From positions 1-64,000 of IMG/VR virus record IMGVR_UViG_3300045988_090463: a DNA stretch of 64,000 nt; one strand, given 5' to 3'. Within the stretch, counting starts at the first letter, position 1, and every line of letters starts with the position of its first letter. The DNA comes from a virus. Positions 1-8,238 of the stretch are shown here, piece after piece. The notes below the pieces were generated by a model. That model searched no databases. It was not told where the DNA came from and saw nothing but the letters and a program-made list of their open reading frames with translations. The translations under genes were made by a program, and so were the position numbers.

Positions 1-204
1 TAACATCAAGCTTAATTTACTGTAACAAGGGCAAATTCTTGTATGATCGAAAATATCTTCCAGTAAAACGCAATGTGGAAAAAGCTGTTTTACCTCATAG
101 ATATGCTCTTTTTCTTCCCCACCACGTTCTACGTATTTGATTCTTTTGCCAACATGCAAATCAAACGTTTTACTTATATATGCTTTAAGCCCATATATGT
201 TCAC
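1..204 (-). CDS. hypothetical protein, partial (runs off left edge)
   Basis: Open - strand frame from GTG 204..202 to position 1. No motif recognised and the RBS is weak. Confidence 0.3.
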   Translation of the reverse strand, partial: MNIYGLKAYISKTFDLHVGKRIKYVERGGEEKEHIYEVKQLFPHCVLLEDIFDHTRICPCYSKLSLML

Positions 205-427
205 TTTGCTCATTTTTGTGCACCAATCCTTCCTTAAAAGCCACTATTGCAGCTTCCTTACTGTGATGTATTTTTGTAATGGTTTTACATTCTGTGCATT
301 CGCACCAATATAAATCTCCTCCATAATGCCGGTTATAATCTGCGAAAACATGAAAACGATTCCCACATTTAGGGCAAATCCTACTTTTGCCATTTTCAAC
401 ATTAATTCCCATTCTTTCATTAAACAT
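185..427 (-). CDS. Lar-like zinc-ribbon protein (restriction-alleviation-like)
   Basis: CPKCG and CECTEC cysteine pairs plus C-terminal SKEAAIVAFKEG. Start placed at ATG 427 behind GAGGAA; the track ORF extends to 514. Confidence 0.4.
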   Translation of the reverse strand: MFNERMGINVENGKSRICPKCGNRFHVFADYNRHYGGDLYWCECTECKTITKIHHSKEAAIVAFKEGLVHKNEQSEHIWA

Positions 428-761
428 CGAACATTTCCTCATCTTCATCGTCAGAATCGAAATCTGACGTTTCTTCACAATCGGTTGATTTATTTCTGGA
501 CATATTCTTGCCACGTTCCACCAGTTCCGCTCTCTGCTCTTCTGTTAATTCTCTTGGCGCTCGTAGTTTCACGTACTTAACTGGGACATGAGCAAATATG
601 GAACCATCTTTGTTCGTAGCCAGAATCTTCACATCTTCTGGATGTTGTTCTGCAAGCTTCAAGACTCTTCCTTTCATTTTACTGCCGTTATGTGCTGACA
701 CTTCTGCGTACTCACCACCACGAATCCACGCGATGCTACATTCATTGCAATTCTCTGCCAT
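420..761 (-). CDS. hypothetical protein with acidic C-terminus
   Basis: 113-aa ORF ending DFDSDDEDEEMFDV, packed tightly against its neighbours. Confidence 0.6.
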   Translation of the reverse strand: MAENCNECSIAWIRGGEYAEVSAHNGSKMKGRVLKLAEQHPEDVKILATNKDGSIFAHVPVKYVKLRAPRELTEEQRAELVERGKNMSRNKSTDCEETSDFDSDDEDEEMFDV

Positions 762-763
762 GC

Positions 764-1219
764 TTAATCCTCGCTTTCCCCAAATCCAAATTCTTTATTT
801 ATATTTATGGAATCAAATTCAAGTTTAATTCCCATTGTTTCTTTTGCTTCTTGGTATGCTTTTTCAATTCCAACTTCTTCAATGTGTTCTTTGGCAGAGT
901 TTAGGTTTTCTAAGAATCTCTGATTGGATTTTGTAAATCCCCATGTTTTCTTAATTGCAAACAAACTGATAAGAACATTTGCAACTGCGATATAATCCTC
1001 TGCTTTCCATAGCTTTTCTTGTGATTCTGAAATCAGTTCTTCCGATATTTCCTTGCGCATTTCATCTTCACGTTGCATCAGATACAATTTTAAGGACTCA
1101 ACTCTTGCACTTGTCACCTTTGAAATTTGTTCCAGACTGAAATTGCTGAAATTGTACGGTGCATTTAAGCGTGTTTTCTCAAATGCTTTCTGCTGCCTTC
1201 TTCTCTCTGCCCTGTTCAT
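764..1219 (-). CDS. hypothetical protein
   Basis: 151-aa ORF in the operon. Its ATG overlaps the upstream stop (ATGA). Confidence 0.6.
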   Translation of the reverse strand: MNRAERRRQQKAFEKTRLNAPYNFSNFSLEQISKVTSARVESLKLYLMQREDEMRKEISEELISESQEKLWKAEDYIAVANVLISLFAIKKTWGFTKSNQRFLENLNSAKEHIEEVGIEKAYQEAKETMGIKLEFDSININKEFGFGESED

Positions 1220-1311
1220 GCTCTCACCAATCCTTTCAGCATTTGTGAAATATCATCAGCGGTCATATCGCCATTCCACTGTTCATTCTCGAAAACACTA
1301 TATATTCTCAT
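1216..1311 (-). CDS. small hypothetical protein (31 aa)
   Basis: Below the track cutoff. ATGA overlaps at both ends suggest translational coupling. Confidence 0.35.
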   Translation of the reverse strand: MRIYSVFENEQWNGDMTADDISQMLKGLVRA

Positions 1312-1577
1312 ACTTCTTCCACCTTCTGATATTCATATCCAACAAGGCGGAACGCTCGTGGAGTATTCGGATGTGCAGTAGCAATCAATCCATCAAGTTC
1401 AAGCTGCCTCATATGTCGTTGCACAGTTGCTTTTGATATGCCAAGGTTTTCGGCAATTTCTTTAAATGACGGCGCGTATCCATATTTTGTAAAATATCTG
1501 ATAAGAAACAGATAAATTTCTTTTCTGTTCTCTTGTCCCTCGAGATACTTTCTTTCGGTGTTATATTTACTTACCAT
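1308..1577 (-). CDS. winged-helix DNA-binding protein (LexA/MarR-type N-domain only)
   Basis: YAPSFKEIAENLGISKATVQRHMRQLELDGLI. Start moved to ATG 1577 behind GAGGT. Confidence 0.6.
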   Translation of the reverse strand: MVSKYNTERKYLEGQENRKEIYLFLIRYFTKYGYAPSFKEIAENLGISKATVQRHMRQLELDGLIATAHPNTPRAFRLVGYEYQKVEEV

Positions 1578-1719
1578 AGTTACCTCATTTCTTTTAACCT
1601 CTGGGTTCAGATCGCGCTCATATGCCAAGGAAGTTGCATGAATCAGTCCAAACCCAGAGGGCGTGCGCATATTTAGTTGTAATTATTTGGGATTTTGTCT
1701 GCCAGAATCGGCAGCTTTA

Positions 1720-2310
1720 TCATTTGTAAGATTCTTCATCAAGAAGATTGTTGAATTTTTCAAGTGCCTTTATAGACACCTTGTTGTTTGATTTCTCTGG
1801 TTTGATTGATACATCTAAGTGAGTATCAATGATATGCTTTAATTCTCTTGCAAGGGTTGTTTTTCCTTGCTTGATTCCATCTCTATAGCCTTTGGCTGGT
1901 TTGAATTCATTAATCTTTTCTTTCCCCTCGCCTTGGCTTCCAGATGTCTTGTTGTATCTGCATTGATAACCTTTCTTTGTATATTTCAGAATCCAGAACT
2001 GCTCCATTTTATCAAGCTGTTCTACCGGATAATGAATGAAATTAATTTTCCATCCAAAAGGATTATCTTCACTGTAGAGCCCTCTTTTCTTTATGGATAA
2101 GTCAATGTGCTGATATCCAGTGAGATGTGAACACATCCTCTGAATTATATGTACTGCCTGCCCGATATAAAAAAATGGGATTCCGTTTTCATCTACTCTG
2201 GTAAGAAAATATATGCCACTTTTGTTATCCAATTTGGGATTGACTTTTAAAAGCCTTTTCTTATTGCTTGCTTCGATAGCCTTAACCTGACGAAGCTTTT
2301 TATAGTCCAC
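1720..2310 (-). CDS. GIY-YIG nuclease domain protein
   Basis: GIYFL..(13)..FFYIGQA..IIQR..SH motif series at the N-terminus. Confidence 0.7.
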   Translation of the reverse strand: MDYKKLRQVKAIEASNKKRLLKVNPKLDNKSGIYFLTRVDENGIPFFYIGQAVHIIQRMCSHLTGYQHIDLSIKKRGLYSEDNPFGWKINFIHYPVEQLDKMEQFWILKYTKKGYQCRYNKTSGSQGEGKEKINEFKPAKGYRDGIKQGKTTLARELKHIIDTHLDVSIKPEKSNNKVSIKALEKFNNLLDEESYK

Positions 2311-2316
2311 CCGGTA

Positions 2317-2745
2317 TCACTCCTTTTCAATCTGGTCAATAAGTTTCTTGCACTCATCTTTGACATAAGCAAGTGAACAGATTTTGAAATCCGTTTCGAA
2401 GCCGAAAGACTCTCTCCAGAAGTATTCCATTGTATGAAAAAGTCTTTTAAAGTCTGGGTCATCTCCAAAATACTGCTTTGCTGCATCAACATCATATCCA
2501 TCAAAACAATGAGCACAATTAAATCCAATCCACCATGTATTATCATCGTTGTAATCATATAGTGATGGTTCTGCATAAGTAACTCCGCCATGACAGTTAA
2601 GATAGCCTAAATCGACAACTCTTTTCTTTGCTAACTTGTGGCTGTAAGGTACTCCAACATATCCGCATCTGTATGCTCCGGGCATAAACAGAACTACACA
2701 TGGATAACCTTTATAATCAAATTTACACTCTAAAACTGGTTTCAT
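2317..2745 (-). CDS. hypothetical protein
   Basis: The track ORF starts at 2811. ATG 2745 behind GGAGCGG is more plausible. Cys/His/Trp-rich, no family recognised. Confidence 0.5.
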   Translation of the reverse strand: MKPVLECKFDYKGYPCVVLFMPGAYRCGYVGVPYSHKLAKKRVVDLGYLNCHGGVTYAEPSLYDYNDDNTWWIGFNCAHCFDGYDVDAAKQYFGDDPDFKRLFHTMEYFWRESFGFETDFKICSLAYVKDECKKLIDQIEKE

Positions 2746-2910
2746 TTTATTCGCCGCTCCAATCAAATCTCTGCCCACATTTTGAGCAGTAATCAATGTC
2801 TGTTCCAGCAAGAATTCCTGGTATGTGGGTAGTTATAAATACGTTCCCACATTCGCAGCATTTCCATACTGAGCAAGTGTTTTTAAGAAAATCTTCATTT
2901 GTTAATTTTA

Positions 2911-3384
2911 CTACTCTGTAGCTATTACATCACATCCAATAAACATCAATTCCTCATGCTCATCTGTTCCGTATCCAACGGATCTTCTCCCAACTTTAAA
3001 ATGAATATTTTTTGTGTAAACTTTAATTCCCTCATTTTTATCCATATAGTCAGAAACAACCATTTTCAGAAATTCTTCGTTTAAGAAAATTTCTTTTTTA
3101 ACTATCGGGTTTTCTCTTGGCATAAATTCAAGCCATGTAACTACGCCTTTGTATTCTTTTCCTTGCTCGTCAGCCCATTTACCATTTCCAATGTATGCAA
3201 GCATGATAATTTTTTCGGAATTTTCCAGTTTTACATAATACAAACATGCAGTATCATCAATTGGAGCTTCTGGAAGTGAGTCATTTACTGAACGCCATAC
3301 ACTAGGTGAAGGAATTGTTTTTCCTGTTTTACGTTCTACATACTCATGTCCTCTAATTACATAGTGTTTGAATTTTCTTGACAT
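2911..3384 (-). CDS. DUF551-like phage protein
   Basis: Central W.SV.DSLP ... KGVVTWLEF pattern resembles DUF551. Confidence 0.45.
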   Translation of the reverse strand: MSRKFKHYVIRGHEYVERKTGKTIPSPSVWRSVNDSLPEAPIDDTACLYYVKLENSEKIIMLAYIGNGKWADEQGKEYKGVVTWLEFMPRENPIVKKEIFLNEEFLKMVVSDYMDKNEGIKVYTKNIHFKVGRRSVGYGTDEHEELMFIGCDVIATE

Positions 3385-3397
3385 TAATTTTCTCCTT

Positions 3398-4180
3398 TCA
3401 GAACGGGCATAAATTCAAGTCAACTTCCAGTCCAGCCCGTCCAATCTGAACTAGAACATTATTTCCTGTGACTTCCTGTATTTCTTTCTGTATTTTACAG
3501 GCATCTGAAGCCTGGCCACTTAAATGTACCAGTGTTACCGTCCGAAGCGATTCTGTGCGATTTTGCTTAATGAATTGCTTACAAGTTGATAAAGAGCAAT
3601 GCCCTTTTAATCGGTGAGCATAATTGACTTCTGTCTTGTCCACCAATTCTTCGCAGTAGTTGCATTCAATAACTAGATGTTCAATCTCTATCCTACGGAA
3701 ACTATATATGCAATACTCGAAATCAGTCATATACAGAAGTTTCCCCATTTCCTTATGCTCCACCAGATATCCGTAGTTCGAGCAAGGGATAAGCTGCTTT
3801 GTATCCTTATCGTATGTCGTATGTGGGAGATTGAACGGAATCACATTAAACGAACCAACTCTAAATGGATGTCTTTCTGGAACACCTTTCATTAGTTCAC
3901 CTGTTCGGATGTTCATGTCCTCAACTGTCTCGTCATTGGTGTAAATCTGAATGCCTGCATCCAAGACTTTCTTCATATTGTAGCAATGATCAAAATGCCG
4001 ATGCGTCAAGATGCAACCTGACACGTCTGATATATTATAATCAATCATCTTCAAGATGGCACTCCATCGTTTTACACCGCATTCAATAAGAAGTATTTCT
4101 CCGCTGGATGAGATTAAGGAATAGCAGTTTCCAGTTGAACCAGTCCCGCAACATCTAAATTTCATAAACATCAACCTCAT
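3398..4180 (-). CDS. metallo-beta-lactamase-fold hydrolase
   Basis: HRHFDHC (HxHxDH) motif plus later His/Asp ligand positions. The real start may be ATG 4165. Confidence 0.75.
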   Translation of the reverse strand: MRLMFMKFRCCGTGSTGNCYSLISSSGEILLIECGVKRWSAILKMIDYNISDVSGCILTHRHFDHCYNMKKVLDAGIQIYTNDETVEDMNIRTGELMKGVPERHPFRVGSFNVIPFNLPHTTYDKDTKQLIPCSNYGYLVEHKEMGKLLYMTDFEYCIYSFRRIEIEHLVIECNYCEELVDKTEVNYAHRLKGHCSLSTCKQFIKQNRTESLRTVTLVHLSGQASDACKIQKEIQEVTGNNVLVQIGRAGLEVDLNLCPF

Positions 4181-4789
4181 ATTTCCATATATATCCGCCA
4201 GCTTGTCTTCGAAAATTCCCTTTTTTATCGTATGGGGTCTTATTTGCTACTGAAGAATGTTTCTACTGCACACTCCGGTTTCTCTTTGAGCATCTTTTGC
4301 GTTGTAAAAAGCATTAATAATTTTCCCATTTAAATCTAATTGTAATATTTTTCCTTTAAAAAAATAATTATCCTTTTTCTTTTTCCTCCTATCTCTATCT
4401 CCATATTTTGCAGTGTACCTATTTCGATTATAACTAATCATTCCATCTAGCATATGCGGATTCTCTTTCAACGTTAATGCGTAATGGTCTTTTGCTGAAA
4501 TTATTGATAAATTTGTTACTTTGTTATTTTGTTTATTTCCATCTATGTGATGCACATGGTAACCTTTCGGAATTTCTCCTATAAAATGTTTGGCAACTAA
4601 TGTATGTATTCTAGTTGTATGGCATTTATTTTTATCATCATATAAATTTACCGTAAGATACCAACCATTTTTGTCTTTATTTGATGTTATATATCCTTTC
4701 GAGTTCTTTTTAAAGCTCTTCATTCTTCCCATATTTGAAATTTGATATAACCCTTCAAATCCATCAATCCATTTCCATTCTTCTTCTAT
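4155..4789 (-). pseudogene. HNH/NUMOD4 homing endonuclease, disrupted
   Basis: HNH core HVHHIDGNKQNN. NUMOD4-like EEWKWIDGFEGLYQISN lies in frame upstream of the first ATG (4732) with no start codon back to stop 4793-4795. The conserved tail VANKTPYDKKGNFRRQAGGYIWKY is in the -1 frame after TAG 4247-4249. Confidence 0.6.
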
Positions 4790-4896
4790 AGCTCATCGCC
4801 CCCATAGTTGTATTCAAAACACAATTTCCTTTAGTACTTCCTGTTGAAATTACTCGCATGAACAAATGACATCACCTCGCTTTCCATGAACTACAT

Positions 4897-5100
4897 TTAT
4901 GCTTCTAAGATATTTTCAACTTCATCTATGGCTTTCTCTAAATCGGAATAGGCATATGGTATGTCCTTCCCTCTATTTAGACTCTCTAACTCCGCATAGC
5001 TTACTTTGCACATGCTGTCTCGTATTAATTTGAGTTCCCTCAACGTAAGTTCAATGGTTATTACCTGTTCCCAGTCCCTCTTGCTGTCTACTCTCTTCAT
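4897..5100 (-). CDS. hypothetical protein
   Basis: 67-aa ORF overlapping the upstream stop. Confidence 0.5.
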   Translation of the reverse strand: MKRVDSKRDWEQVITIELTLRELKLIRDSMCKVSYAELESLNRGKDIPYAYSDLEKAIDEVENILEA

Positions 5101-5447
5101 ACTTCATCATCCTCCGGGAATCTGAACACGATGTTTGCCGGTTCGAATTTCACATCTGGGCTGTTAACCATTGTTTTGATGATTCCAAAACCTCTTGCAG
5201 CCATTTTTATACATTCCTCGCAATCGTCATCGCTCATTTCAACGTTTTGCGCAAGAAACATTCCTGCATACACTTTATGCAACGCTTTCATAGCTTTTTG
5301 GGCTTTTTCATCTGTCGAATAACGAGCCATGACTGTTCCTTTTTCACCAACTATCGGCACATATACTCTTATGATATTTTCTGTTCTACTTAATGCTGCG
5401 ATTTCATAAGGAACATCAAATTCCCCATTCTGACTAATTAATCTCAC
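5097..5447 (-). CDS. hypothetical protein
   Basis: 116-aa ORF with GTG start behind GAAAGGAG. Confidence 0.55.
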   Translation of the reverse strand: MRLISQNGEFDVPYEIAALSRTENIIRVYVPIVGEKGTVMARYSTDEKAQKAMKALHKVYAGMFLAQNVEMSDDDCEECIKMAARGFGIIKTMVNSPDVKFEPANIVFRFPEDDEV

Positions 5448-5575
5448 TTCATTCTCCTTTCAATTTCTAAATCCATACTGTGGCATAATTTAATGCAGTC
5501 CCCATGAAGCATATGATTCTTGCATGCTCCGTATTTTTCATTGAATTTTTCTATCGACATCTTCCCGTCATTCAT
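5444..5575 (-). CDS. small Cys/His-rich hypothetical protein (43 aa)
   Basis: Fills the gap after the RT gene. Its stop overlaps the next start. Confidence 0.3.
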   Translation of the reverse strand: MNDGKMSIEKFNEKYGACKNHMLHGDCIKLCHSMDLEIERRMK

Positions 5576-5602
5576 TGCCCGTACCCATCTTCGGATTTTT
5601 CT

Positions 5603-6463
5603 CTATGTTTTTCTTTTCTTATCGCCACGCAATTTTCTGATATATTTTCCTTTATCAGTCACGTAATGATGAAAGCCCAGATAACACAAGCCCATGCGAA
5701 ACGGTACAATTTGTGATTTAGGGTTTAGTTCCAGTCTAAGGCTTTCAATCATCATTCGGATTGCTTCAAGAATTTCTCTGGCATCTTCTTTCGTTTTACA
5801 AATCACATAAAAATCATCGTTGTATCGTCCGTAATATGGATTTCCAAATTCAATCGTTATCATCTGATCCAGTGAATGTAAAAGCAACAATGCGTACTTT
5901 TGATTTACCTGATTTCCTAATGGAAGCCCGGGATTACCTGTACTGTCAATAAACAAATGGTTCAACCAGACTGTAAAATCATCATCAAAGTAATAATCCA
6001 AAACATCTTCCATGATTTCATGGTCTATGCAATAAAAGTATTTGTGAATATCACATTTTACAATCCAACTATTCATTCCATTTTTTTTATAGAAATCCAA
6101 CATTTGATTTCTTAACCCGTCCATTGCCATATGTTGCCCTTTTCCTTGCTGCCCGGCAGTGTTCCATTTAATCAGGATATTTTCAAGTTTCGGTGTCAGA
6201 ATGTAATCAGAAAAGCATCTCTGCACTACTTTATCCTTAAATGCACATGATTCTATCGTGCGCTCTTTTGGCTCATGAATTTGAAATTTATTATACGGAT
6301 TTATGGTATACGTTTGACTTTCCAATTGTTCCTTCAAGAGATGAATGCCTTCAAGAGACAAATTAGAAAATCTTGCAGTACCTGAATTAAATTTCTTACC
6401 GCTCTTAACTTTTTTGTAAGAACGATATAAATTCTCAAAATTTGCAACAATTTCTTTATCCAT
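5603..6463 (-). CDS. DGR reverse transcriptase
   Basis: RT motifs including LPLGNQVNQ (DGR-type IGxxxSQ-like box) and YGRYNDDF (YxDD). Lies directly downstream of a TR that matches two VRs. Confidence 0.85.
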   Translation of the reverse strand: MDKEIVANFENLYRSYKKVKSGKKFNSGTARFSNLSLEGIHLLKEQLESQTYTINPYNKFQIHEPKERTIESCAFKDKVVQRCFSDYILTPKLENILIKWNTAGQQGKGQHMAMDGLRNQMLDFYKKNGMNSWIVKCDIHKYFYCIDHEIMEDVLDYYFDDDFTVWLNHLFIDSTGNPGLPLGNQVNQKYALLLLHSLDQMITIEFGNPYYGRYNDDFYVICKTKEDAREILEAIRMMIESLRLELNPKSQIVPFRMGLCYLGFHHYVTDKGKYIRKLRGDKKRKT

Positions 6464-6567
6464 TTATTTTGTTCCTTTATATTTGTCCATTGCGGAAAGG
6501 TTATGCATTTGCTTGTATCTTTTCTGATTTCAGCTTTACGCTTACTCTGTCTGCATGTGATCCATGT

Positions 6568-6636
6568 TGGGCGAACACCATTTTCGTTGTTGTAATTGTT
6601 GTTGTTGATATAGCCCGAAGGGGAAACAACGGTATT
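6568..6636 (-). repeat. DGR template repeat (TR)
   Basis: 69 nt. On the - strand it reads AAT ACC GTT GTT TCC CCT TCG GGC TAT ATC AAC AAC AAC AAT TAC AAC AAC GAA AAT GGT GTT CGC CCA. It has 23 adenines, mostly in AAY codons. Confidence 0.85.
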
Positions 6637-6658
6637 CGCAGTGCGTAACCTGTGAAAA

Positions 6659-7030
6659 TTATCTTTTTCTGTCTTTTGTTCTCCATGAAATAGTCATGTA
6701 CTTTATATCTTTTACCATTTGCGACCATGCTTCCATTCCACCGGAATTGATAATTCCTAATTCATATGAAAGTTCTATAAAGTACATCAACTCATCACAA
6801 TGAGTAATGGCTTTTGTTTGAAGTTCTAATCGCTCTCTTTTATAATCTTTCAGATCAGTTCGGTTGGCTTCAAATAGTGACTCATAAATTTCCAATGCTT
6901 TATTTTGCATTTTATCTACAAGTGAAAACCTGTATTTTTTCGGGTATCGTCTGGCATTACTCGTAACTATTAATGTATGCTTTGCAAGTTACTTGGCCTT
7001 TATTATTACCTTTAAATCTTCATTCGCCAT
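6659..7030 (-). pseudogene. avd: DGR accessory variability determinant (avd), interrupted by in-frame TAA
   Basis: ATG 7030 overlaps the target-gene stop (TGATG). The product MANEDLKVIIKAK-TAA(6989-6991)-LAKHTLIVTSNARRYPKKYRFSLVDKMQNKALEIY... has the size (123 codons) and PKKYRF box of four-helix-bundle Avd. Only 83 aa follow the next ATG (6910). Confidence 0.7.
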
Positions 7031-7635
7031 CAATCATCATTTCCTGATTCAAAGATTGAAGAAGAAAAGATACAAACTGGGCGAACACTATTATCGCCGT
7101 CGCAAATGAGGTAGTCGATACAGCCCGAAGCGGAAACAACGGTAATTGTTGTGCTGTAATCATTTACTGGTGTACTCCATGGCGTAATCAACCACCACCA
7201 TTTCAACATGTTCGGCAGCAATTTACGATATTTCCGGTACTCATCCACAGTCAAAAGTGAAATCCTATCTTTACAATGTCCATATTCTGTCTGACCGTCC
7301 ATAGAAAGTAAATCTCGATCAAACTCAATAACTGCATCCTCTCCAAGCTCGTCCGTAATTTTTTTAAGAAAACGAGTATTTAACTCATTTCTCAGTTTAC
7401 TCGAAATCCAGTTATTTGAAGCTGAATCAAATGTTCTTTCTTTTCCATCAAATCCATTCAAAATGGCAAAATATCCTTTTTCTGTTTTATCCAGGATCAG
7501 CCATTCCATACCAGCAAGTTCAATAGCTTTTCCGATTTCCGGCTTTCCGATGTACTTTTTCTTGAATTCCGTGAATTCTTTACTTAATCTGGATAATTCA
7601 TCCTCAAAATATTTCAGATTTTTCTTCATAATCAT
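7030..7635 (-). CDS. DGR variable (target) protein 1
   Basis: 201 aa with a helical N-terminus. The C-terminus WWWLITPWST...TVVSASGCIDYLICDGDNSVRPVCIF contains VR1. Paralogue of 7632..8237. Confidence 0.8.
   Translation of the reverse strand: MIMKKNLKYFEDELSRLSKEFTEFKKKYIGKPEIGKAIELAGMEWLILDKTEKGYFAILNGFDGKERTFDSASNNWISSKLRNELNTRFLKKITDELGEDAVIEFDRDLLSMDGQTEYGHCKDRISLLTVDEYRKYRKLLPNMLKWWWLITPWSTPVNDYSTTITVVSASGCIDYLICDGDNSVRPVCIFSSSIFESGNDD
7078..7146 (-). repeat. DGR variable repeat VR1
   Basis: Aligns to TR without gaps. 12 differences fall at TR adenines and 2 at non-adenines (7089, 7131). Confidence 0.8.
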
Positions 7636-8237
7636 TCCTCCGCCTTAGATACAAAGATATTAGATTTTAAGATACAAACTGGGCGAACACCATTTACGAC
7701 GCTGCAATCGCCGTTGTAGACACAGCCCGAAGGGGAAACAACGGTACAGGTTTTCTCCAATCCACGTTCTTTCGTTGACCATGGTGATAATGTCCAATAC
7801 CAGTCGTTTAAACACGGATTCGGTGTGATATCTGTATATCCGCGTGCTTCATCAAACGTAATCGGTCGAATTTTACAATCAACAGTCCCTAATTTCTGTC
7901 CATCCGCAGTGATAATATATGCTGTGTGTGTCTCGATATTTCCTGCCCCGAATTCTTCTTCGAAGTCTTTCAGGATTTCAGTGTCACACAGTTTCTTTAC
8001 CTTTGATGTTTTGTAATCTGAGGTATCACCAAACTCTACATTTTCTTTCACCAGATCGAGTGAAATAATTTTCGTTGTATATACATACTGTTCCAGAACC
8101 TTGTATTTACGCTTTCCAGTGGTCTGAAAAACATCTCCACGTTTCAGCATTGACAGTGCAACCTTGTCAGCTTTTTCCTGTTTTTCCAGCAGTTCAACGA
8201 GTTCCTTGGCTTTCTTTAAAATTTCTTTATTGTTCAT
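7632..8237 (-). CDS. DGR variable (target) protein 2
   Basis: 201 aa. The C-terminus WYWTLSPWST...TVVSPSGCVYNGDCSVVNGVRPVCIL contains VR2. ATGA overlap with target 1. Confidence 0.8.
   Translation of the reverse strand: MNNKEILKKAKELVELLEKQEKADKVALSMLKRGDVFQTTGKRKYKVLEQYVYTTKIISLDLVKENVEFGDTSDYKTSKVKKLCDTEILKDFEEEFGAGNIETHTAYIITADGQKLGTVDCKIRPITFDEARGYTDITPNPCLNDWYWTLSPWSTKERGLEKTCTVVSPSGCVYNGDCSVVNGVRPVCILKSNIFVSKAEE
7680..7748 (-). repeat. DGR variable repeat VR2
   Basis: Aligns to TR without gaps. All 13 differences fall at TR adenines. Confidence 0.85.
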
Positions 8238-8238
8238 A

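Noticed and set aside
2747-2929. 60-codon zinc-ribbon ORF (WKCCECG...CSKCG) with no start codon, in the -1 frame of the DUF551-like gene end.
   Set aside because: The frame opens only 6 codons before the upstream stop, and there is no slippery sequence or homopolymer. It cannot be supported as expressed, though an unusual start or a sequence error is possible.
4181-4249. TAG read-through joining the HNH ORF in frame to the MBL-fold gene, or an alternative genetic code.
   Set aside because: The conserved HNH C-terminus is found in the -1 frame instead. Very long ORFs (1584, 1150 and 658 aa) are intact under the standard code, and no suppressor tRNA was found.
5603-6463. The RT as a retron or group II intron enzyme.
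   Set aside because: An adjacent TR with two adenine-mismatched VRs and an avd-like gene fit a DGR. No msr/msd-like inverted repeats and no intron domains V/VI were seen.
6501-6728. Track ORF (75 aa) covering the TR.
   Set aside because: It is the template repeat read out of context (TTTITTT run from the AAC codons). It has no RBS, and the region is explained by the DGR RNA.
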